A DNA stretch of 64,000 nucleotides from Aestuariivirga sp. (GCA_031424315.1 JANPHF010000083.1:7137-71136); one strand, 5' to 3'. Shown: positions 10,209 to 20,446, counted from the first letter of the stretch. Numbers and translations are program-made. Notes: generated by a model not told the origin, from the sequence alone.

Positions 10209-10667
10209 TCAAGGCTTCCAATGTTCAGAAATGGTAGCGCCGCGCAACACTTCGTCAATGCGCGCCCGCGAACCGGGCTTCAGATCAGGCGGCAATTCAT
10301 GCAGGTGGAAGAACCGTGCTTCGCGGATTTCAAAGCCTGGCTTGAAGGCACCTTGGGTGAATCTCCGCAACACATAACAAGCGACGTGATCGCCCGGAAA
10401 ATCCGCATCATTGGAGAAAATGCCATGGAACTGCAAAGGCTCAAGGGCCTCAACCGCAGCCTCTTCCATCAATTCACGCACCGCCGCTTGCGCCAAGGTC
10501 TCGCCCCGGTCCACGCCACCACCGGGCAGTGTCCATCCCGCAACATAACCGGGCCGCACCAGCAACACGCGTTCTTGCTCATCCACCACCACGACGCGGG
10601 CCCCCAGCGTCTTGCCGCGCATCAGCCGCGCATGCAACCGGAACAGCCAATAAGGAAAAATTTTCAA
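10209..10667 (-). CDS. Nudix hydrolase
   Basis: Nudix box GGGVDRGETLAQAAVRELMEEAAV. The ORF is open to 10757, but that would overlap the divergent gene start. TTG 10667 (AGGA 6 nt upstream) or ATG 10622 are more plausible starts. Confidence 0.7.
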   Translation of the reverse strand: MKIFPYWLFRLHARLMRGKTLGARVVVVDEQERVLLVRPGYVAGWTLPGGGVDRGETLAQAAVRELMEEAAVEALEPLQFHGIFSNDADFPGDHVACYVLRRFTQGAFKPGFEIREARFFHLHELPPDLKPGSRARIDEVLRGATISEHWKP

Positions 10668-10750
10668 GCCTAATCCTGTGCGAAACCAACCATTTGAACC
10701 ACCTCTTTTATGGGGTAAAGCTGATTTGAACAAACCGGAAAAATTGCTCG

Positions 10751-11890
10751 ATGACATCCGCCATCACCACCCGCCCTGTCGAAACCAAAGCTGACGAGAT
10801 CACTTTTCTGAAAGTACCCTTCCCCATCTACAAGGACGACAAGGCCTGGGTGGCGCCGCTGTTCCTCGAGCGATTGGAACACATCAGCCAGAAGAAGAAC
10901 CCTTATTTCCAGCACGCCAAGGGCCAGCTTTTTATCGCGGAGAAAAATGGCAAACCCGTAGGCCGCATTTCGGCGCAAGTCGATCAATTGCATATCGATC
11001 GCTACAAGGACGCCACCGGAAGCTTTGGCTTTCTCGAAGCTCAGGATGATCCCGCCATTTTTGCAGCGCTGTTCAAAACGGCGGAAGGCTGGTTGCGCGC
11101 CCAAGGCATGAAGCGCGCGCTCGGCCCCTTTTCATTTTCCATCAATGACGAAATTGGTTTGCTGATTGATGGCTTCGAAACCATGCCCAATATGTTGATG
11201 GGCCATGCCCCGCGCTATTATCAGGCGCGCGTGGAAGAACAGGGCTACGCCAAGGCCAAGGACGTGCTGGCCTATGAATTCGATAGCGTCAAAGGCCTGC
11301 CGCCCACCATGCGCAAGATGGTGGACCGCATGATGGCATCGGGCGATCTCACCGTGCGCCCGCTCAACAAGAAGAACATGGCCAGCGAAATTGACATCGT
11401 GATGGACATCTTCAACGACGCCTGGTCCGACAATTGGAATTTTGTGCCCTTCACGCGCGCTGAGGTGAACAACCTCGCCAATCTCTTCAAGATGCTGCTG
11501 GATGCAAAGGCCGTGCAGTTTTCATTTTGGAAGGGAGAGCCAGCAGCTTTCTGCCTGGCCATCGCCAATATCAATGAGTGGTTCCAGGGCCTGGATGGCA
11601 AAGTGCTGCCCTTTGGTTGGGCCAAGTTGCTGCCACGCGTGATGAGTGGCAGGTCCCGCTCAGTGCGCGTGCCACTCATGGGGGTCAAAAAGAAATATCA
11701 GGATGGCGCCATCGGCGCCGGCCTTGCGCTGGCCTGCATCCGCGCCTCATCGGACCATGTGATTTCCAAGGGCGTCACCCATGGCGAATATTCCTGGATC
11801 CTTGAAGATAATATGCGCGTGCGCCATATCCTCGAAAGCATGGGCAGCCGCATTTACAAAACCTACCGCGTTTATGAAAAGCAGCTGTGA
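10751..11890 (+). CDS. GNAT-like acyltransferase, candidate bacterial ceramide synthase (bCerS-like)
   Basis: 379-aa ORF, first gene of a translationally coupled operon that converges on spt. Size and context match the N-acyltransferase required for ceramide synthesis in Caulobacter. Homology is not verified. Confidence 0.55.
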   Translation: MTSAITTRPVETKADEITFLKVPFPIYKDDKAWVAPLFLERLEHISQKKNPYFQHAKGQLFIAEKNGKPVGRISAQVDQLHIDRYKDATGSFGFLEAQDDPAIFAALFKTAEGWLRAQGMKRALGPFSFSINDEIGLLIDGFETMPNMLMGHAPRYYQARVEEQGYAKAKDVLAYEFDSVKGLPPTMRKMVDRMMASGDLTVRPLNKKNMASEIDIVMDIFNDAWSDNWNFVPFTRAEVNNLANLFKMLLDAKAVQFSFWKGEPAAFCLAIANINEWFQGLDGKVLPFGWAKLLPRVMSGRSRSVRVPLMGVKKKYQDGAIGAGLALACIRASSDHVISKGVTHGEYSWILEDNMRVRHILESMGSRIYKTYRVYEKQL

Positions 11891-12780
11891 AATTCACGCT
11901 CGCCCACTTTTCAGATTTGCATCTCGGCCCGCTGCCTGCAGGGGCCGCCTTCCATGCCTTTCGTTCAAAGCGGTTGCTTGGTGCGCTGTCCTGGCACTTC
12001 CGCCGCAAATACATCCATTCCGCAGAAGTGGCTGAAGCCCTGCTCAAGGACATTCAATCCGCACACCCAACGCATGTGGCTTTCACAGGGGATGCCGCGA
12101 ACATTGCCAGCCCCCTGGAATTTCCCAAGCTGCGGGGGTGGCTCGACAGGCTGGGCAAGCCCGATTGGATTTCCTTCACCCCTGGCAACCACGATGCTTA
12201 TGTGAAGGTGAAACACGAAAAGGGCCTCGCCTTCTTCGCTCCCTTCATGACGGGCGACATGCGGCAGGAGCAGGCCTTCCCCTATGTGCGCCTGCGCCGC
12301 AATATTGCCCTGATCGGCTTGAACAGTGCCGTGCCGCGCTTCTATCACAGCGCCGAAGGTCGGTTGGGCCTTGATCAGCGCATCGCCCTGCGTCAGCGCC
12401 TTGCCGAACTTCGCGCCAAAGGCTTTTATCGCTGCGTGATGATCCACCACCCACCAGGCCCGGGCCTCGCCACCAAATTGCGCGCTCTTCAAGATGCAAG
12501 CGAACTGCGAGACATTCTCTGTGAAGAAGGCGTTGAACTTGTCATTCATGGTCACAATCACAAGCGCATGTTGAACTGGCTGGAAAAAGGCGGTTCGCGT
12601 GTGCCAGCTGTCGGCGTGCCTTCGGCCAGCGCCGATGAAGATCATCATCCTGCAGAATGGAACCTCTACACCATCGCCCGCACGGCAAAGGGCTGGCACA
12701 CCGTGGTTGACATCCGCCAGTGGGACAAGGCCAGCACATCATTCAAATCGGCTCAACGCTTTGAACTTGGTGCCGCATGA
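11887..12780 (+). CDS. metallophosphoesterase
   Basis: Motifs HFSDLHLG, GDAANI, GNHD, HHPP and GHNH. GTGA overlap with the upstream stop. Confidence 0.8.
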   Translation: MKFTLAHFSDLHLGPLPAGAAFHAFRSKRLLGALSWHFRRKYIHSAEVAEALLKDIQSAHPTHVAFTGDAANIASPLEFPKLRGWLDRLGKPDWISFTPGNHDAYVKVKHEKGLAFFAPFMTGDMRQEQAFPYVRLRRNIALIGLNSAVPRFYHSAEGRLGLDQRIALRQRLAELRAKGFYRCVMIHHPPGPGLATKLRALQDASELRDILCEEGVELVIHGHNHKRMLNWLEKGGSRVPAVGVPSASADEDHHPAEWNLYTIARTAKGWHTVVDIRQWDKASTSFKSAQRFELGAA

Positions 12781-13844
12781 GCCTCATTGCCAATCTATTG
12801 ACGCGCATGATTATGATCCGCTTCGCGGTGATCCTGCTTGGGCTTTCGGCCTTTGTGCTGACGCTGGAGGCGGTAAGCTATCTCAATGACATTCTGAAGC
12901 TGAACAGCAACCCGCTGATTGCAATGCTGCTTTATGGCATCATGCGCCTTCCTGCGACCCTTTCACTCTTCTTGCCTACGAGCCTGTTGCTGGCACTGCT
13001 GCTTTCGACCACGGAGTTGTCTTATCGCAATGAGCTCACCGCCATCTGGGCCACGGGCATTTCACCCACGCGCCTCATCCGCATGCTCATTCCCCTAGCG
13101 CTCGTGGTGGGCGGCATCAATTTCCTGATTGCCGACCAGGCGGTGCCGGCGGCAGCACCCTTCCTGAGATCCTGGGGCATTGGCGACTACGCCACCCGCA
13201 AATTCACCACCAATCCGGATGACCCGGTATGGATGCGCTCAGGCGATGACATCATGCGCGCTGACCGCGTAACTGATAATGGCGATGTGCTGGAAAATCT
13301 TATCATCTTCCGCCGTGAAAAAACCGGTGAGTTGCGTGAACAGGTTTTCGCCGATACAGCAGTTCAGAATGATGGCCGCTGGTTGCTCAAGAATGTAACT
13401 GTTTATTACGCCAATGGCGAAAAGCCGACGCATCTAGATCAGATGATCTACGACGGCGCCTTGCAGCTGGCTTCCAATAAGGTGGCTGGGCCTGAAGAGA
13501 TGACGACGCTGGAACTTTCCCGCTTCATCGCCAACAAGGGCTTCGGCGTGCGCCCGCAATATGTTTATGAAACTTGGTGGTATAAGCGCCTCACGCCGCC
13601 GGTGATTGCGATCGTGATGATCATGCTTTGCGTGCCTCTGGGCACCTATTTCCGCCGCGGCGGCGGTTTGGGTGGCATCTTCGTGGCAGGTGTGTTGATG
13701 GGCTTCGTTTATTTCGTGGGCGACGGCGTGGCCATGACCTTGGGCGAAACCGGCCGCGTGGCGCCGTGGCTTGCGGCCTGGGGCCCAATCCTCCTCTTTG
13801 CCGCGCTTGGCTTCGCTCTCTTGGCGCGCACGGATCACGTATGA
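12777..13844 (+). CDS. LptF/LptG (YjgP/YjgQ) family permease, unpaired
   Basis: 355 aa. Has the N-terminal 3 TM, a periplasmic beta-jellyroll-like middle (WMRSGDDIMRADRV...GRWLLKNVTVYY) and C-terminal 3 TM. ATGA overlaps on both sides. Confidence 0.75.
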   Translation: MSLIANLLTRMIMIRFAVILLGLSAFVLTLEAVSYLNDILKLNSNPLIAMLLYGIMRLPATLSLFLPTSLLLALLLSTTELSYRNELTAIWATGISPTRLIRMLIPLALVVGGINFLIADQAVPAAAPFLRSWGIGDYATRKFTTNPDDPVWMRSGDDIMRADRVTDNGDVLENLIIFRREKTGELREQVFADTAVQNDGRWLLKNVTVYYANGEKPTHLDQMIYDGALQLASNKVAGPEEMTTLELSRFIANKGFGVRPQYVYETWWYKRLTPPVIAIVMIMLCVPLGTYFRRGGGLGGIFVAGVLMGFVYFVGDGVAMTLGETGRVAPWLAAWGPILLFAALGFALLARTDHV

Positions 13845-14800
13845 CGCGCAAGGCCGGAGTTCTCATTAATCCAACGGCAGGCCGCGGCAATGGCAAGGGC
13901 CTGCGCTTGGCAGCAGCTCTTGGCAGCGCCACCCATGTCGATGTGCGCCTGATGGAGAGTTTTCAGCAGATCCGGCAACACCTTCTCGACATGGCCCAAG
14001 AGGGCGTGACCGATCTCTTCATTTCCTCCGGCGACGGCACCGTTCAGGCTGTTCAAACTCTTTTGGCCGAAGAGCACATCTTTGAAACATTCCCGCGCCT
14101 GGCTCTGCTGCCACATGGCACAACCAATCTTACAGGCATCGATGTTGGCTTCCGGATTCGCTCCATCGCTGGGCAGGCGAATTACATTTCCACGCTGCCC
14201 CAGCCCAAAGTGCAACGCCGCCATAGCCTGCGCGTGGCCAATCCGGCGGATGGCCAGCCACGCCATGGCATGACGCTGGGTGCAGGTGCGGCCGCGCGCG
14301 GCACGCGCCATGCACAGGAAGCCTTCAACAACAAGGGCGTGAAGGGCGCTTTCGCCAGCTTCGCCACCATCGCCGGCGGCCTGGCCCGCGCTTCTGTGAG
14401 CCGCGCTGAGGGCGATGATCCAGGCAGGCTGGATCGGCCCTGCGAAATGGCAATCCGGTACGAGGGCCACGACGTCACCAAGGGGCCACAACTCATGTTC
14501 GTCGCCACAACTCTGCGTCACCTCTTCTTCAGAACGCGGCCCTTCTGGGGCGGCAAGCGCGGTCCCATTCGCGCGTCGGTATTTCCTCATCCGACACCCA
14601 ATATTCTGCGCTGGGCCCTGCCCATGATGTATGGCGGCGAATTGCGCTCAGCGCCCGCAGGCGCCCACAGCTTCTCTGGCACCGGCTTTGAAATCGCCAG
14701 CGCCGAACCTTATGTGATGGATGGCGAGTTTTTTGACGGGCCGGATCAGGGCCTGCTTCAAGTCGCGGCAGGTCCCGAGTGGGAATTCATCACCGGCTGA
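13841..14800 (+). CDS. diacylglycerol/sphingosine kinase-fold lipid kinase (candidate ceramide kinase)
   Basis: ATG 13841 overlaps the lptFG-like stop. Contains N-terminal GVLINPTAGRGNG and the SSGDGTVQAV (GDGT) motif of the DAGK catalytic domain. Confidence 0.7.
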   Translation: MTRKAGVLINPTAGRGNGKGLRLAAALGSATHVDVRLMESFQQIRQHLLDMAQEGVTDLFISSGDGTVQAVQTLLAEEHIFETFPRLALLPHGTTNLTGIDVGFRIRSIAGQANYISTLPQPKVQRRHSLRVANPADGQPRHGMTLGAGAAARGTRHAQEAFNNKGVKGAFASFATIAGGLARASVSRAEGDDPGRLDRPCEMAIRYEGHDVTKGPQLMFVATTLRHLFFRTRPFWGGKRGPIRASVFPHPTPNILRWALPMMYGGELRSAPAGAHSFSGTGFEIASAEPYVMDGEFFDGPDQGLLQVAAGPEWEFITG

Positions 14801-14801
14801 A

Positions 14802-15983
14802 CTAGCCGCGCACGGCGTGCTTGAAAATGTCGATGATGCGGTCGATCTCCGCATCCGTATGCGCCGCCGAAACCGAGCAGCGCAGCAAGCACAGGCGGTT
14901 TGGTGTGCCGGGCGGCACAGCCATGTTCACATAAACCCCGCCTTGGAATAGCGCGTTCCATTTTGCAATGGTGGTGAGTTCGTCGGGCATCTTGACCGCG
15001 ATCACCGGGCTCACTTCATCGCAACCCATGTCAAAGCCAAGGCCCTCGAGGCCTTTGTAGAGCCGCTCGGAATTGGCCCACAGCTTGGCGCGGCGCTCCG
15101 GTTCCGCCTTCAACACACGCAGTGCAGCGATGGATGTTGCGATGGATGCAGGCGATGAAGACGCGGTGAACATATAGGGCCGCATGGCATAGCGCAACGT
15201 TTCAAACAGCGGGTGATTACCTGCGCCAAAGCCGCCAATGGCGCCCACGCTTTTTGAGAATGTGCCGATGACGAAATCCACGTCCTTCTCAAGCCCCGCC
15301 TCGTCACCAAGGCCACGGCCATTGGGCCCAAGCACGCCAAAGGAATGGGCATCATCCACCAGAAGCTGGAACTCAAACTTCTTCTTCAATTCAACGAAAT
15401 CCTTGAGCGGCGCGCGGTCGCCCAGCATTGAATAAATGCCTTCGAGAACCACAAGACGGCCGCCTTCCGTGTCGTCGCGTGCCATGCGCTTGGCCAAATC
15501 TTCCGCATCATTGTGGCGGAAGCGCACCAACTTGGCGCCTGAAAGCGTGCAGCCATCATAAATCGAGGAATGCGAATCCGAGTCGAGATAGATCGTGTCC
15601 TTCGGCCCCGCGAGGCCAGAGAGCATGCCGAGATTAGCTTGATAACCGGTGGTGAAAACAATGCAGTGCTGCAAGTCGAGGAAGGATGCCAGTTCCTTCT
15701 CCAGTTCCTTGTGCATGGCGAAGGAGCCATTGGCGATGCGCGAACCTGTGGTGCCCGTGCCGAATTCTTCCAGCGCCTTCTGACCGGCTGCAATGCAACG
15801 CTTGTCGAAAGTGATGCCCATGTAGTTATTGGTGCCCGCCAGCAGAATCTCGCGGTTGCCCACGATTGCGTGGGTCGGCGAAATCATCTTGTCATTGGTG
15901 ACGCCCAGGCCGTTGATGCCCATATCCAGCATCCGTTGGAAGCGGTCAGCAATGCCACGGTGCTTTTCGAGAAGATCAACCAT
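14802..15983 (-). CDS. spt: alpha-oxoamine synthase, serine palmitoyltransferase-like
   Basis: 393 aa with the PLP-lysine motif GTFSKSVGAIGG. Sits immediately downstream of a dedicated ACP, a reductase and an acyl-AMP ligase. Confidence 0.75.
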   Translation of the reverse strand: MVDLLEKHRGIADRFQRMLDMGINGLGVTNDKMISPTHAIVGNREILLAGTNNYMGITFDKRCIAAGQKALEEFGTGTTGSRIANGSFAMHKELEKELASFLDLQHCIVFTTGYQANLGMLSGLAGPKDTIYLDSDSHSSIYDGCTLSGAKLVRFRHNDAEDLAKRMARDDTEGGRLVVLEGIYSMLGDRAPLKDFVELKKKFEFQLLVDDAHSFGVLGPNGRGLGDEAGLEKDVDFVIGTFSKSVGAIGGFGAGNHPLFETLRYAMRPYMFTASSSPASIATSIAALRVLKAEPERRAKLWANSERLYKGLEGLGFDMGCDEVSPVIAVKMPDELTTIAKWNALFQGGVYVNMAVPPGTPNRLCLLRCSVSAAHTDAEIDRIIDIFKHAVRG

Positions 15984-15986
15984 GCG

Positions 15987-16235
15987 TCAGCCCTTGTTCA
16001 ATTGAGATTGCACAAAGGCGGCAAGCTCGCCCACCGTGCGGATGTTGGAAACGGCGTTCATCGGAATTTCAATGTCGAAATGGTCTTCCACTTCCATGAT
16101 GAAATCGAGAACGCCAACGGAATCGATATTCAGCTCGGCCGGAATGTCAGTCGCCTCGGTGAGTGCCAGGTTTTCAGGATTGAAGGGCTTAAGCAAATCA
16201 ACGAGAACGGGAACAATTTCAGAAATCTGAGTCAT
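15987..16235 (-). CDS. acyl carrier protein (dedicated)
   Basis: 82 aa with the phosphopantetheine site NIDSVGVLDFIMEVE. Confidence 0.85.
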   Translation of the reverse strand: MTQISEIVPVLVDLLKPFNPENLALTEATDIPAELNIDSVGVLDFIMEVEDHFDIEIPMNAVSNIRTVGELAAFVQSQLNKG

Positions 16236-17173
16236 GACGCGCTTCTAGTCTCTTGAGAAAGGGGCGGCAACCAGCCGTGTTGGCGATACCAGTTGAGGGT
16301 TTCAGCAAGGCCTTCAGAAAGCCCAATGGCACGCTCACGCGGCCAGATTTCGCCACCCGCCGTCCAGTCGCGGTGATAAAGCTCATTCACCTTGCCGGGA
16401 TTGGTAAGCGAAGGCCTGTTGGTGACGCGCGAATATCCCTCCATCGCCGCAGCGGCCGCATAGGCCACAGGCTTAGGAATGTAGACAACGCGCTGCGGCA
16501 GCCCGGTGAGGCGGCGGCTTTCGGCGGCCAACATGGTCCAGTCATAGCTGCCATTGCGATCATCGAGTTCAACCAGCCCGGTGCGCGGCGAGGCCACGGC
16601 TTCCGCCGCCACGCGCGCAAAATCACGCACATGCATCAGGGCAAAACGTGCATCCTTTCGCCCCGGCACAAAAGCAGTCTTCGCCTGCAACGCCTTCATC
16701 AAAGGCAGCGTGGCCTTGTCGCCTGGGCCATAGATCGCAGGCGGGCGCAGGACCAGAACTTCGGGGCCACCATATTGACCGATGAGGAAATGCTCCGCCG
16801 CCGCTTTGGAGGCACCATAGGATGAGAGTGCAGGTTCACGCGCCGCCATCGAGGAAACAAACACGAAGCGCTTGAGGCCCGCCCCACGCGCGGCGGCATA
16901 GAGCTTGCGCGTGCCTTCCAGATTGGCTGCGAAGAAGCCAAATCGGTTGCGTGCCGAAATGGCGCCCGCAACATGCAACACCGCGTCTGCGTCTTTCACC
17001 AAGGCCGCCAGCGCCGCTTCATCTGCAAGGTCGCCCTTGACGATTTGAACTTTGCGCCCGTCCAGCGCTTCAGGCTTGCGCGCGAGGGCTGCAACCTCGT
17101 GCCCCTGCTCCAGCAATGATTCCAGAATGAGAGGCCCCGAGAACCCCGTGGCCCCTGTAAGTGCAACGCGCAT
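16232..17173 (-). CDS. NAD-dependent epimerase/dehydratase-fold reductase (CerR-like)
   Basis: Start ATG 17173 gives MRVALTGATGFSGPLI (GxxGxxG). ATGA overlap with the ACP start. The longer ORF to 17248 overlaps the upstream gene. Confidence 0.75.
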   Translation of the reverse strand: MRVALTGATGFSGPLILESLLEQGHEVAALARKPEALDGRKVQIVKGDLADEAALAALVKDADAVLHVAGAISARNRFGFFAANLEGTRKLYAAARGAGLKRFVFVSSMAAREPALSSYGASKAAAEHFLIGQYGGPEVLVLRPPAIYGPGDKATLPLMKALQAKTAFVPGRKDARFALMHVRDFARVAAEAVASPRTGLVELDDRNGSYDWTMLAAESRRLTGLPQRVVYIPKPVAYAAAAAMEGYSRVTNRPSLTNPGKVNELYHRDWTAGGEIWPRERAIGLSEGLAETLNWYRQHGWLPPLSQETRSAS

Positions 17174-17189
17174 CAGGAAATGTCCAGAT

Positions 17190-19010
17190 TCACTCAACCG
17201 GCGCGGCGAAAACCACCATCTCGCCAGCGAGATATTTTGCGCGCGCACCCGCGCGTGAAAGCTTGCCAGACGAAGTAAACGGCAGCGAACGTGGCGCCAC
17301 CAACTCTACTTTACAATCAACCCCAGAGCCCTGATGAACCAGCTTGGCCACTTCGCGGCGCAAACTGTCTTGCTCGACGGTTTCGACCGCGCGGCATTCC
17401 ACCAGCACCACAACTTCATCGTCGCCATCATCGCCTTCAACAGCAAATGCGGCCACGTCGCCGGATTTGAGATGGGCGTATTGCTCCGCCGTCCATTCAA
17501 TGTCCTGCGGCCAGATATTGCGGCCATTGTGCAGGATCAGGTCTTTGACGCGGCCGGTGATGACAATCTCATCGCCCAGCAAATAGCCCATGTCTCCCGT
17601 GTCAAGGAACCCGTCTGGGCTAATCGTGTCGCTGGTGGCTTCGGCATTGTTGTAATAGCCGGACATTACGCTGGGGCCCTTGACAAAAATGCGCCCGATC
17701 TCACGTTCGCCCAACACCGATCCAGCCGAGTTGCGAACCTCCATGGTGTGGCCGGGAATCACGCGCCCACACACCACATAGCCACGCGAGTCAGCGCCAC
17801 CCGCCTGCGCAGGCGTGGCCAAATTCTCATTGCGCACAGCGTGGCGCGAGACGTGATCGACGCGCAGCGGCTGGCCAGACCTCGGGAAGGAAATCGCCAG
17901 CGTGGATTCTGCCATGCCATAGCAAGGCAGGAATGCAGTGGGCGCAAACTTCGCCACTTCCAACGCCTTGCCAAATTCAGCCAACACATCGGGCCGCACC
18001 ATGTCGCCACCAATGCCCGCGCTACGCCAGCAGCTGAGATCAAGTTTCGCCGCTTCCGCCCCAATGCGCTTGGCAGCAAGATCATAGCCGAATGTGGGTG
18101 AGAAAGAGATGGTGCAGCGGTTATCTGAAATCAGCTTCAGCCACAGGCCCGGGCGGCGTGCAAAGGCCGTGGTGGCAAGATAATCCACGCTGAATTGGCC
18201 CAGAAGCGGCGTCAGGCAGAAACCCACAAGCCCCAAGTCGTGATAGAGTGGCAACCAGGAAAAACCCCGGTCCCCCGGTTTGGCGTCCGTTCCAAACACT
18301 GCAATTGCCCGCGCATTGTCCATGATCGCGCGCTGCGAAATCAGAACGCCTTTTGGTGCCGAGGTAGAGCCCGATGAATATTGGATATAGGCCACGTCAT
18401 CGCCCGCAAAGCCCTGCAGCTTTGCAATGGCTTCCGGCTTGGCGGCCAGTTCATCATGCGTCAGCACAATTTTCACGCCGGCCAATTGTGCCGCGCCCTT
18501 GATGCTATCAACTTGCTCAGCCGGCGTGACAATGGCGCTGGCATCAGCCGCCTTCAACATCCCCGCAATGCGCTGCTCATAGGCTTCGCGCCCGCCGATA
18601 TACATGCTGTAAGGCACCGGGCATGGGATGAGGCCCGCATATTGGCACGCAAAGAAGGTTACAACGAATTCCGGGCCGGTCTCGGCCACAATGGCCACGC
18701 GCTCTTTGCGGTGCAGGCCAATAGACATGAGCTTGCGTGCCGTCATCAAGGCTCGGCGTCGCAATTCGGAGAACGGCAACACATGAGACAGCGCGCCGCG
18801 GCCGGAATAGAAATTGAAGCCGGTCACGCCCTGCGCCGCATAGTCAAGGCCTTCAGCCAACGTGGAAAAATCGGAGATCCGCAACGGCAAATCGCGGTTG
18901 AGGGTTGGCGTCTTCACCAACACATTTTCCGTCTTTAGAGTTTCAGTAAGTGCTGAAGTTCCGCTCACGATTCCAAACCCGCCTAATTTCTCAACGGCTG
19001 GTTCTAACAA
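17190..19010 (-). CDS. fatty acyl-AMP ligase / acyl-ACP synthetase
   Basis: AMP-binding motif YIQYSSGSTSAPKGV and C-terminal TGDMGY...GRVKD. Start uncertain (TTG at 19010 is the ORF maximum). Confidence 0.8.
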   Translation of the reverse strand: MLEPAVEKLGGFGIVSGTSALTETLKTENVLVKTPTLNRDLPLRISDFSTLAEGLDYAAQGVTGFNFYSGRGALSHVLPFSELRRRALMTARKLMSIGLHRKERVAIVAETGPEFVVTFFACQYAGLIPCPVPYSMYIGGREAYEQRIAGMLKAADASAIVTPAEQVDSIKGAAQLAGVKIVLTHDELAAKPEAIAKLQGFAGDDVAYIQYSSGSTSAPKGVLISQRAIMDNARAIAVFGTDAKPGDRGFSWLPLYHDLGLVGFCLTPLLGQFSVDYLATTAFARRPGLWLKLISDNRCTISFSPTFGYDLAAKRIGAEAAKLDLSCWRSAGIGGDMVRPDVLAEFGKALEVAKFAPTAFLPCYGMAESTLAISFPRSGQPLRVDHVSRHAVRNENLATPAQAGGADSRGYVVCGRVIPGHTMEVRNSAGSVLGEREIGRIFVKGPSVMSGYYNNAEATSDTISPDGFLDTGDMGYLLGDEIVITGRVKDLILHNGRNIWPQDIEWTAEQYAHLKSGDVAAFAVEGDDGDDEVVVLVECRAVETVEQDSLRREVAKLVHQGSGVDCKVELVAPRSLPFTSSGKLSRAGARAKYLAGEMVVFAAPVE

Positions 19011-19090
19011 GCAGGGGGGCGCAGGCGGAAATCACATGGTGTTTCAGTTTGTAACCTGAGGCTGCGTCAATCTGACAGCCTTGAATGTCA

Positions 19091-19612
19091 TTAGAACTTC
19101 ACAAGCCCAACAGCCAGGCCCCAAGCTACAAGGCCCAGAACGCCGAACAACAGGCCAGTTATCCACACATAGACCAACTCACCCAGTCCGTAGTGGCGCG
19201 CACCATCTCTGACGCGGTGTGCAATGCCTGCAGCTTGCTTGTCATGCGCCACCAGCCGGTGCGCCATGTGGCGCAACGCCTGGGCGTGCATGGCCTGCGC
19301 CTCGGTACTTTCAAACACGCTCTCCCGGCCTTGCGGGCCATCTTGCATCAAGCGATAGGTCTTAGGGTTGGGCTCCATCTCAATGAATGAAATGAGATCG
19401 AGCCACAGCTTTGGCTTTTCGGAATCCTGAAGGTTGAGTTCAAACAGGCCAAGCGCCTCATCGTGGCCAGCAAGATCACGTTTGAGTGCATCGCGCAGCG
19501 CCAGCAAACGCAGGCTGCGGGCATCACGCAGCGAAACCACGGCTTCAAGCTGCGCCGCTTCGGCCAGCCTTGCCTGCTTCAATGCCTGCGTGAACGCATC
19601 AGCTTTACTCAT
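19091..19612 (-). CDS. hypothetical tail-anchored membrane protein
   Basis: 173-aa ORF. Has a helical, charged N-terminal part and a single C-terminal TM (WITGLLFGVLGLVAWGLAVGLV). Confidence 0.45.
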   Translation of the reverse strand: MSKADAFTQALKQARLAEAAQLEAVVSLRDARSLRLLALRDALKRDLAGHDEALGLFELNLQDSEKPKLWLDLISFIEMEPNPKTYRLMQDGPQGRESVFESTEAQAMHAQALRHMAHRLVAHDKQAAGIAHRVRDGARHYGLGELVYVWITGLLFGVLGLVAWGLAVGLVKF

Positions 19613-19696
19613 TAACCAACTCTTGTTTCAAACTGAGCCAGATTTCACTGAACCCAATAGCCCAAGCCTGCCGCAGCAGCTTTTGTGCCAACAATC

Positions 19697-20446
19697 CTAA
19701 TTTTCGCGCTGCCGCGTGAAAGGCCGCAAAATAAGGCGCGCCAACGGCTGATCATGCAATCCCTCCACGCCCATGTCCATGTCGGGCGCACGCTGGTGGC
19801 GACTTATGCTCAGGAAAATGCGGTCCCATACCGAAAGAATCGTGGAATAGTTGGAATCCGTGTCCGCCCGCAGCGCATGGTGATGCAGCCAATGTATGGA
19901 AGGTGTGACAATCACATAGGACAGCACGCGTTCAAACCCGGGTGGCAGCTTCACATTGGAATGTTGAAACAGTGCCGCCACAATAATCAGTGTTTCAAAC
20001 ACCACGACAGTTCCAATAGGAACACCGACAAGCCAGATCACGCCAGCGCGCGCGACGGACGAAAGCGCCACTTCACCAAAATGAAAGCGCAACGCCGTGG
20101 TTGTATCCAAAGTTTCGTCAAGGTGATGCACCTCGTGAAAGCGCCAGAGCAACGGCACCACATGGTTCAGCCGGTGCCACACATAGATCCAAAGATCGAG
20201 CACCAGGAGATCAAGCGCCATGTTCCACCACGAAGGCCGTAGGTTGATTGCATGAGCTGCTGCAAATTGTGACAGCGGCAACACGACGAGCGGCCCGATC
20301 AGGAAATTCGCGCCGGCGAGCGAGAAATTGCGGGTCAGCCGGCTAACGCTTTCTTTCACGCGCACGGCAGGAAACACCCGTTCCAAGATGAACAAGGCCA
20401 TCAATGTCGCCAAGACAATGCCCGCCTTGTTTGTGAAAAACTGCAT
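19697..20446 (-). CDS. fatty acid hydroxylase / sterol desaturase family di-iron membrane enzyme
   Basis: His boxes HRLNH, HEVHH and HWLHHH. ATG 20446 is preceded by GGGAG at 5 nt. Confidence 0.8.
   Translation of the reverse strand: MQFFTNKAGIVLATLMALFILERVFPAVRVKESVSRLTRNFSLAGANFLIGPLVVLPLSQFAAAHAINLRPSWWNMALDLLVLDLWIYVWHRLNHVVPLLWRFHEVHHLDETLDTTTALRFHFGEVALSSVARAGVIWLVGVPIGTVVVFETLIIVAALFQHSNVKLPPGFERVLSYVIVTPSIHWLHHHALRADTDSNYSTILSVWDRIFLSISRHQRAPDMDMGVEGLHDQPLARLILRPFTRQREN

Noticed and set aside
13835-14590. 251-aa ORF antisense to the lipid kinase gene; also similar long antisense ORFs at 15570-16256, 17334-18101, 19685-20242, 48649-49563, 50269-51045, 63146-63802 and 4326-5108
   Set aside because: All lie opposite genes with strong motif support and show the Arg/Gly/His/Ala-rich composition of non-coding frames in GC-rich DNA.
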